From: the human T2T-CHM13v2.0 reference genome, Homo sapiens
DNA length: 64,000 nt
Assembly (NCBI RefSeq): GCF_009914755.1
Contig: NC_060938.1
Strand: one strand, 5' to 3'
The notes beneath the pieces were generated by a model, which made no database searches, had not been told where the DNA came from, and saw only the letters and a list, made by a program, of their open reading frames with translations. The translations under genes were made by a program, and so were the position numbers. This document shows positions 55,315-64,000 of the stretch, in pieces; within the stretch, counting starts at the first letter, position 1, and each line of letters begins with the position of its first letter.

Positions 55315-56000
55315 TCAGTCAGGACTCTTTCAAGTGCACGTAATGAATATCTAACCTAAATGAATTTAAACCAAAAAAGGAATGAATTGCCTCATTCAAA
55401 AGGGAAATCCAAGTCCCAGGGCTCAAATTGTGTGATCAGGTATATTTTTTCTCTGTCTTTCAGCTGTTTTTCTGTGGTGTAGCAGTAAAAAGCATGAGCT
55501 CTAGCAGTAGGCTGCCAGATTTCGAATCCTGGGTCCAGAACTTGTTAGCTGTTTTACACTAACCTTATCAATTGACTTCACTTTGCTTTCAGTTTTTTTA
55601 ATTATAAAAATGAGAATAATAATAATGTTTACAACCTACGTTTTGGATAAAATGAGTTCAAAAATATAAACTCTTTTATTATCATCATTATCAGCATCAG
55701 GCAATCTCTTTCTACCTGGTGGCAAAGATGGCCCCGACAACAGCTTATGTGATCCTTAGTGCGAGGAATTCCAGGGGGCAAGAGCACCTCTTTCCAGAGA
55801 GCTTCAGGAAGAGCTCCGGCAACAATTCGCATTTGCCAAACCTGAATTACATGTCCACCCCTGGATCACAGAGTGGGGTCAGCCCCCGCTGAGCAATTTG
55901 GACTAAAGGTAGAAGAGAGGGGTTCCTCAAAGGGAAATTGGAGTGCTATCACCAAAAAAGGAAAGAGATCATAGACACAAACAACTATGTTCACTACAGA
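55315..56000 (-). mobile_element. Old MLT1 LTR split by a MIR (about 55475-55670)
   Basis: tcagtcaggactctttc...ggtggcaaagatggcccc...gggaaattggagtgctatcacca. Confidence 0.6.
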
Positions 56001-58199
56001 GCCAACTACACCCTGATTAGTAAAATGGTAAATAATAGTTGTTGCTGTTTTACACAGTGAACAATAGTATTCACGAGAAGGACACAGCCTGTAAGCCATG
56101 TTTTAAGAAAATTTTCTTTATTATTTGGGAAGTTAGATTTGATAATTGTAGAAGTCCTCTCCAGATTCAATGAAATTAAGGTTTAGAAAGATCTTGAGAC
56201 ATAATAAAAAAAAAAAGAAAATACAACAGAAATAAGCCTTTGGGTATGTACAGAGTGGGCAGGTATTACTGTGACGGCTCCTCATTCAAGATAACAAACA
56301 AACGGCAGTACTCGATCTTTGCTGTCATTGGAATTAGCCATGAATGCTTTATGGATATGGATAGCTTTGAAGGAAGGATCATCTTCCCCTTGATATGGAA
56401 GGGTGACCTAAAGACTGGATCAGAGGGCATATGTGAAATTTACAAAGGCCAAATCATTTTAACCATATTGCCTATTTTCCCATTAAAGTCAGTAAAAATG
56501 ATATTTTATCATATAAAATTAAAGTGAAAAGAAGTTACCTTTCCACTTCCAGAGTAGAAAAAAGAGATACACATTTCATGAAATCAGTTATAATTTTTCA
56601 AATTTTCTGAAAAGTGAGGAAAGATACAAAATAATCTCCATATATAATATGGTCAAAACCAATAGAAGCAAATTAAAAGTCACTATTTAACCTTGTTGAA
56701 GTGCCACAGTGCTTTTTGTAAATCAGTACAGTCATGAAGTGGAAAACAATAAAAGGAGATTTCATAAAATGTGTGCCTGGAAAATAAACACTTTGCAAGA
56801 ATTTTGCATGTTAATAATAAGGTAGGAGTCTTTTCTGGGGCACTTAACCTGAAGGCCATGTGTGGCACCATCCACCTTCTGTCCATGGCTACTGGGGTTA
56901 TAAACATGGAAGAACTTAATTCCCTTTTTGCTTTTGTCCTGGGGGTTTTCATAGATTTGTTTGAAGGTGTTTTTCACCGCCCCCCTCCTCCCCAGCCAAA
57001 GACTGTTTCTTCCACTTATCCCATTGAGGGTTGGTCCCTAAATCTTTCCTCCCAGCCTCTATCAAATCTGAGATTTGAGCTGTGGTCTCATTCAAGCCCT
57101 AGTAGCTTTCATGACTCTCTTTTTTCTGATACAGATGATTTCTAGATACAAAGTAATTAGCAAATGAACTGTTAATGAAATCTGAGCAGACATATTCAGT
57201 CCACAGAATAGAATTACATTTCTTTCCACATTTAGTGCTTCACCAACAAGGGGTTGGTCAGCAACCAGCAGGCTCTCAGGGAAACTTGTATTTGTGTAAT
57301 CCAGTCCAGTAACCAAAATGCCTCCTTGAATACAACAGAGCACAATGTCCCCAGCTACTGTTGAGGGGCCTTCAAGTCCTCCATCTATATATTAATTTTT
57401 TATGACATTGATGCTACCAGAGCATCATAAGTAGAAGGCACATTTTTAGTTGTTTTCTTAGCAGAAGTGGAAAATTTCCACCAATCTGTCTTACTCTCCC
57501 AAGAGATCCTTCATACAAAAAAGGAAAAGAGGTTGTGACTTGGCCCCAATCCACGGAAGTTCAGCCTGTAGCACAGACATGATGCTTGCCCAACCAGACG
57601 ATGACCAACCCTATGACTTTAGCCTTTTTGGACCCATATCACTAACTAGAGGAAGTCATCACCAAAGATCTTTGTCTGACTATAAGATGGCTATTTCTGC
57701 AAGCTATTCCCTGCTCTGTGGCCTTGGTGGAGGAACAACCCAGACTACCTCAACACTAAACTCTTCTCCCTTCTAAAGCACACCCCTCCAATCGGAAGAA
57801 CAGGAATCAATAGGAAAGTTCTTTCTAAACTGTTACCTCGCTTCAGATTTTCTGCATTAACGGAACTTAAAAGTCTCTAATTTCCTGGTTCCCATAGAAA
57901 GAGACAAAAAAGGTCAGATAAACCACAGGACTCTCTTCCTCAGAGACAGGGCTTTGTATTCAGAGTTAAGGGATGCAATAATGAAATGCAGAAAAAACAC
58001 ACACACACCTTTATTATTAGTGGCCAAATCAGCCTCTTCTTTCCTAGGAAGGAAAAAGATGTCCCATCTGCCTGTGGCTTGCAAGTCACCTACATCTCTC
58101 AGAATTAAGAGATTTGGGGAAAAAAACAGAAGTCTTCCAAGTAAGAAAAAGAAAGCCATTTCTGGAATTATAAAAAGATCATGTCCAAGAAAATGTAAC

Positions 58200-58260
58200 T
58201 GATGTGATATGATGTGATGTGATGTGATATGATGTGTGATATATGGCATGATATGACATG
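58200..58260. repeat. Degenerate (TGATG/TGATA)n pentanucleotide repeat
   Basis: Direct inspection. Confidence 0.85.
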
Positions 58261-60160
58261 GACAATAGCCAGAGGCTGGGTGCAGGTGGCCTCACAGAAG
58301 AAAAATGCAGATACATGAGCATCCCTGACAGCAATGACTCACTCCCCTTGGGGAGGGGTGGTTCCAGTCCAGACTAGTCCTAGGATGGCCTGTCCAGTTT
58401 TAGCAGTGCCCCTACTGATCTTGAGGTTTAGGTCAGTGGGAGATTTAGGTCAGAACCCCTAGAACTACATAGCCCCTCCTGATTCATAACCATCACCAGT
58501 AAAGGCCAGACTCTCACATTAGTCCCAGAAAGGGCTTTCTCTGGAGTGGAAACTCATGACGAGGCAGGGCATCCTGGAATTATCAGAATCACAGCACATC
58601 TCATGTTCCTAAGACTGAAGTCAAAACAATATCCTCCATAGAGGCTAATCCAGAATCAGAGTATCTGATCTCATTGCATTACTTCCCTATGTAACTTCTA
58701 GCTTCAAGCACAAAAAAAAAAAAAAAAAAAAAAGAGGGGAGTGAAGACTTGGCTCTCTTACTAAGGTCATAATAAAACTGAAAGAAATAAGAACAGTCAG
58801 AATTTTACACAAAAATGCCCTGTTGGCATTTGGGGAAATTTGTGTGAAGCCAAATCTCAGAGGACAAGAAAGAGCTAAGGAATTAAGGTCTCTTGGAAAA
58901 AGCAGAAAATATCACCCAAAAAGATTTCACCACATTCTGGTAAGTTTGTGTAAACTTGGTGCTTGAAGTAAACCAAATAATTAATGGCTACACAACCACC
59001 ACTCAATCATTTTCATGGCCCAAGATCCAAAAGCACAGGCATCTGGTAAAGAATATTTTAGCAAATGGTCTTCATGCCACTTCTAAATGCATACCTGTCA
59101 ACCTTTGGAATTGATGGACATTATTGACCATGCTACCTGGGCAAGCAATCAGAATTCTGTGGACTCATGGACCTATAAAAACAATGATGAATTGTCTTTA
59201 TTTTTTTTCAAGATTCTGTTATTCTGGTTCAGATCCAATTTTTAATATTTAAAAAGATTTAGTTTCACATGGACAACATGATCCACATAATCACCAGGCT
59301 GAGATGTTAAGAATTTTAACTTTTTTGCCACTTTTAATAGGATGTCTCAAAATCTTTTCTCCATAAATATTCATTTTGGTGTGGGTGTAGTAAATAGTGA
59401 TAAACCATGTTTGTTTTGAGAAATATAGCCAACATTCTCAATGGTCATAACCCATCTTTGCATATAACCCAATCTGGCAGATGTACCAATCCTTTCAGTT
59501 AGAGGTAAAGGATCTATAACTAGATACTTCAAGTCTCCCAGATGTCTTAATTCACAGTTCACATAGAAATCAGAATGGATTTAAATGTCTGTGTCTGATG
59601 GCATAAGATTTAGGCTATAAGTAGATATAGCAAAATTTCACCTCAATCCAATTTCTCAATTTTTTCCTAGACCAAGTACTCACTGGGCTGGGGCATGTTG
59701 TAGTGTTGGGATAAAAGCTTTTAGTTGACCAGGGTAGACGGGCATGTTTTATAACTCCATGAATGGAGTACCATGCCACATTCACTGCCCAATCTCAGGG
59801 ACAAAGTCAAAGGAAGAACCTTCTCAACATTCTGCCAAATACATATCATCACTGTGCTCATTAGGCTCAGCGTGATTGTGCTCATCTTCAGGATGAAGTC
59901 TTGTCACTGCCAATCACTCTTTTATCTGCACAGATTTGTTTGGCTGCCACCTTCATACTCAAGCCTCTTTTCTAGAAGCAAAATATAAGTTTTCACATAG
60001 TAATTTTGTTATCACATATTCTAGGTGTTCAAGGTAGGCTAAATGAGAATAAAATTATATAAATCACATGAAGTCGTAGGTGTCTTCAAATGCTTCAGAA
60101 TGGCACTAAACATAAACAATTCAACTTCCATATTGCAAATAAAACCTCAGCTAAATGATC

Positions 60161-60563
60161 TGTGGTTGCCACACAGGCTGTTCACCAATATTTGGTCCTC
60201 TCCTTTCTGATACATGGTAGGATTATACTTCTGACCCCCCTGTTGAACCCAGCATGTCATTTGCTTTGACCAACAAATATAAGCACAAGTGTCACTTCCA
60301 GGAGGAAGCCTTAAGAGTCAATAGGATGTCTCAAAATTTTTTCTCCATAAATATTCAATTTGGCACGGGGGTAGTACCTCTTCGTCATATTCATTTCTTC
60401 CTCTACCATGATGATCATCAATATTCTCAATATGACTGCTCTATCGGCCTAGATCCCTGAATAAAGATGATAACAATATACAATAGAGATACAATGTGAG
60501 CAATAAATATACTCATTTAGCTTCAGGGATTGTTTCTTACTGCAACAGAACCTGACTGATACA
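60161..60563 (+). mobile_element. MLT1I/J-like LTR containing a 57-bp templated insertion
   Basis: catggtaggattatactt...ttgctttgaccaa...gtgtcacttcc..ggaagccttaagag...gttactgca..cctgactgataca. Confidence 0.75.
60320..60376 (+). repeat. Dispersed direct duplicate of 59336-59392
   Basis: 51/57 identical by manual alignment. Confidence 0.92.
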
Positions 60564-61389
60564 CCATAACTTGACTGAAACACCATCCCTTTATAGGAAA
60601 GAAAGGCTTGGACACTAAGCACTGTGATAAATGTTACTATAATCCAAAACAGAAGAAACTAGAGACTATACCTATTATATGGCAGCATATAGATGATATG
60701 TGGGTATATCTATTACAGACTTTTCTCCCATCTCACCCCTCATCAAAAAAAAAAAATTCTCAAACATTTGGATAATCTGAACTCTTCAAAATCAATGTTC
60801 AAAAAATGAAAGTGAAAAAAACAGAGTTCCGTCATTTTGACCCATTTGTCAAAAATCATTTGCAGAGTTCCACTTCTTTTCTAAGACCAAGCACATTAAT
60901 CAAATACAGAGCTTCAAAGGGACTTCATTTTGAGTGACCAAACAGACAAATAAATTAGCTGCCCATGGCTCCTTTGTAATTGAAGAGGACCCGTCTGACC
61001 CAAGGGGAGAAGACTAAATCAAAAAGCAAAACATCCAAGTAAAAACAGCATCGAGGGCCTTAAACAAACCAAAAAGCCATCCTATACCCTCTCCTGTCCA
61101 AGGGTGTTAAGTATGAGCCAAGCACATGTGTGTTTATCTACTAATAAGAGAATGCAAACATCCCACATGTGATTGATTTCTTATGTGCTACCATCATAAA
61201 AAAAGTTTGTGTCTGGAATACATATTCCAGACATGTGGCAGTTTATAAACCTGATCATACATATTATACCTACAACTTACAAAACTTTTTCTCTTTGAAA
61301 TGATGTGACTCTGGAAGGTTTTCTTCTTTATTTCTGGGAAGAATCGCTTAAAGTTTCTCATTTAAGTAAAGAACTGCTCGTTTTTAGTT

Positions 61390-61800
61390 TGCAGAGCTTT
61401 TAACTAGTGACTCAGTGAAGAGTGATGTCATATGTTATCCCAGGACTGCCGGTGTGGTTCTCTCTGCTCGCTCTAACCATTCCCCCTGCTTCTGTGGCAG
61501 GCAGTAATCCCCGCTTTCCATCCTCTAGTCAGCTTCCTCCCAGCCAGCCACAAGCGAACAGGCTCGCAAGCAGCGGATGAAACAGGAAGTCTGACAGCTT
61601 GAGTCTGCAGTGGGACCCCTAGTGTTTTCCCACTCCATGTCCTGGCATCGTTCCCCAGAAGTACAAACACACACACACAGAGCTCCCATTGTTGCAGCCT
61701 TCCTCAGCCCACTGATCCTAATATGGAATTCAGCAGGAAACCCATGATTTCCTGACACTCGGCAAGCTGGAGGAAGCAAAGGGAAAAAAACTCCATTAAA
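61390..61800 (+). promoter_or_regulatory. RHOJ: RHOJ proximal promoter region (non-CpG-island; ETS, FOX:ETS, AP-1 and SOX motifs)
   Basis: AAACAGGAAGT at 61580-61590, further GGAA cores, TGACTCA at about 61408 and CATTGT at about 61688, directly upstream of exon 1. The TSS cannot be determined from sequence. Confidence 0.6.
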
Positions 61801-62049
61801 AAGCCCAGCTTTCCTCCATGTTAGATGTGACTTGGAAAATGAGAAAGATTTAGCAAAATTCCACCGTATCTTTTGCCAGGCTAGAGACAGGGAGAGCAGA
61901 GTAAAACCCTCAGGCTGCTGAAATTTCTAGGCTGTTAGGAAGCCCCTCGAATTCTGTGAAAATGAGGGTTTCTTAACTCACACTGAGAGCGGAAAGGGGC
62001 AGACCCTTTTCATAACTCCCTCAAGTGTGTGTTACCTTTCTTTACCAGC

Positions 62050-62124
62050 ATGGTAAGCAACAGGACATATCCCAGCCTCGGACATGTCTGTATGATCCAA
62101 GGTACCCAAAGTCAGACAGAGTAA
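62050..62124 (+). other. uORF (24 aa, strong Kozak agcATGG) in the presumed RHOJ 5'UTR
   Basis: ATG GTA AGC AAC ... ACA GAG TAA. Confidence 0.55.
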
Positions 62125-62221
62125 ACTCAAGCCTGGCACTGGCTTTCTGCCGCTTCATGTGCTTTGGAAAAAGCAGGAGAAGCAATAGCAGCAGGAGTCC
62201 CCAGCAGCTGGAGCCGCAAGA

Positions 62222-62399
62222 ATGAACTGCAAAGAGGGAACTGACAGCAGCTGCGGCTGCAGGGGCAACGACGAGAAGAAGATGTTGAAGTGTGTGGTGG
62301 TGGGGGACGGTGCCGTGGGGAAAACCTGCCTGCTGATGAGCTACGCCAACGACGCCTTCCCAGAGGAATACGTGCCCACTGTGTTTGACCACTATGCAG
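62222..62399 (+). CDS. RHOJ: Rho-related GTP-binding protein RhoJ (TCL), first coding exon (59 codons + 1 nt)
   Basis: [59 protein letters not shown] contains the P-loop GDGAVGKT and effector loop YVPTVFD. Ends at the canonical donor CAG|GTAAGA (intron from 62400). Confidence 0.98.
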
Positions 62400-64000
62400 G
62401 TAAGAAAAAGTGGGAAACTCTCTGCATCCAGACAAACGATGCAGGGGGCGAGACCCTAAGTTCAGAGGGGCCTGGCTCATTTCTAATGTCAGTATTGGGT
62501 GCGGGCCTGGCAGTAACCAGGGAGCTTAGCGTAGCATACAACCCAGGACTTGACTGTTGGTAGAACAATTTGTGCATCAATGTGTATGGTAACACTTTTC
62601 CCCCTTAAAACGAATGGTAACGCCAGGAAAATACTCTGACGTGCCCTCTAGATTTGGGGGCCAGAGCTTTTACTCAACATTTGCCTCAACATTCATTAAA
62701 GTTTTACTGTGAACATTTTTAAATGCAGTGGAATTGCATCACAATTCTTTTCTGCCAAAAAAAAAGAATCACCACTAGACACACAAATGGTGAAAGGATT
62801 GTTCTTGCCGCTCTTTGCGTATTCACCTCATGCCATTTATAAATGAAAATGCTAAGATTAATAAAACACTCATTTTTTCTATAACAATTGGTGCTATAAT
62901 ACTATAGTTTTGTTTTCCTGAGGTTGTAGATTGGGGGAGAGTTTTTAAAAGGTTTTAAATATCTATTAGGCAATCTGTATCTTAAAAGAAAAATATTTAA
63001 TTAACATGTTTTTAAAAGGAAAAATACAAATAAAATCTGAATCACTTTAAAGTATGTCCTGAGAGGACAAAATGCACATAAAATATTTTAAAGCATGGCA
63101 GTTAAGACATTGTAGTCACAACTTACAGGGGACCTTTTGTTTTGCGAGTGTTCTAAAGTTTGTAGGTGTACTTGTCTGGGTGATAGCATTATCTAAATTC
63201 TTCCATTTTGATTCTTTCTTTTTCTGTTAATTTCCAAAACAAATTTTATTAAGTTTATCAAAAGCAAGTTAATGAAATTCTTCAAGCTTATGGTAGCCTA
63301 CATTTTATAACTTTTTTATCATAGTGATCTTTATCAGAGATCTGAGACCTTGTGAATGGAAAATTTCTCCTCCTTCATTTTGGCTTTGGGTCAGGTTCAA
63401 CAAAGGGGAAATGGCCCACAGGAAACCAGCATGAGTGTCTGCTTGGCAATGTGGCCATTTGAAATCCTCCTTCTATAGAAAGTAGCTTCTTTTCCAGAAC
63501 TAAGCCATCACCTAAGTCACTGCTTCCCCCTACACTTACATGATGTATGAAAATGTTACACAGCAGACAGGGAGAGAACCACAGTGAATACAGTATCCAT
63601 TTCCCAGCAGGTTTTTCTATATTTGTAGAAATTAAGAGCAAATTTTAATGCTGGCTCACTTAAGCCTTTCTGAAAATATAATGACTATGCCCAGAGAAGA
63701 ACATTTTAATGAGAACAGAATAAAGAGAAGAACAGGTTGACTTTCATCTTGAGAAAAAAACTAATTATAAAATTTGGGGGTCTGCGCCTTGAGAAAGTTC
63801 CTCAGATTCTTCTCCTGAAACCATCTTAGCAAAAGTTATTTACTCTACACCTTCTTTCTGCCAAGAAAGGGAAAGTGGCTACCTTATTTCAAAAACTTTT
63901 AAATCAAAGGTGGAACTGAAAACCTAAAGGGAGAGGCTTCAAATGCCTATGAAACTTATGTATCCAAATCCCCATGTATTCAGGAAGCCAGTTACAGTAT
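62400..64000 (+). other. RHOJ: RHOJ intron 1 (start)
   Basis: Follows the GT donor. No continuation of GTPase coding sequence in the window. Confidence 0.9.

Noticed and set aside
57579-57680. ATGATG...CTGA resembling a C/D-box snoRNA
   Set aside because: Imperfect C box, no convincing terminal stem and no host intron.
58710-58733. Isolated poly-A tract
   Set aside because: No upstream retrocopy body or TSD recognisable.
62042-62480. Antisense ORFs (116-117 aa) over RHOJ exon 1
   Set aside because: Shadow frames of a GC-rich exon with no recognisable domain.
62400-62563. C-terminal half of the 113-aa ORF starting at 62222
   Set aside because: Read-through past the GTAAGA donor into intron 1; GTPase similarity stops at ..FDHYA.

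Overview
Human (hominid) genomic DNA. The window is about 61 kb of repeat-dense intergenic sequence followed by the promoter, 5'UTR, first coding exon and start of intron 1 of RHOJ (TCL; Cdc42-subfamily GTPase) on the + strand. Most of it is nested transposon fossils: L1PA and L1M LINEs, Alus, MIR/L2, MaLR/ERVL/ERV1 LTRs, a complete THE1 provirus, MER82/MER58/MER5 DNA transposons and one young SVA. I found no prokaryote-type system and no supportable novel protein-coding gene. The main points of interest are structural. (1) The SVA carries about 200 bp of foreign, non-MAST2 sequence inside its target-site duplication (a 5' transduction). (2) Three local templated-copy events cluster in MaLR LTRs 2-8 kb upstream of RHOJ: 173-bp and 57-bp direct copies and a 44-bp-arm near-perfect hairpin. 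(3) An old L1PA shows both a 3' transduction and a twin-priming inversion. (4) An L1PA ORF2 endonuclease frame is open to the window edge but carries D205G. (5) The RHOJ 5'UTR has uORFs, an AUGA stop/start overlap and back-to-back splice signals. Repeat subfamily names come from recalled consensus sequences and are approximate.
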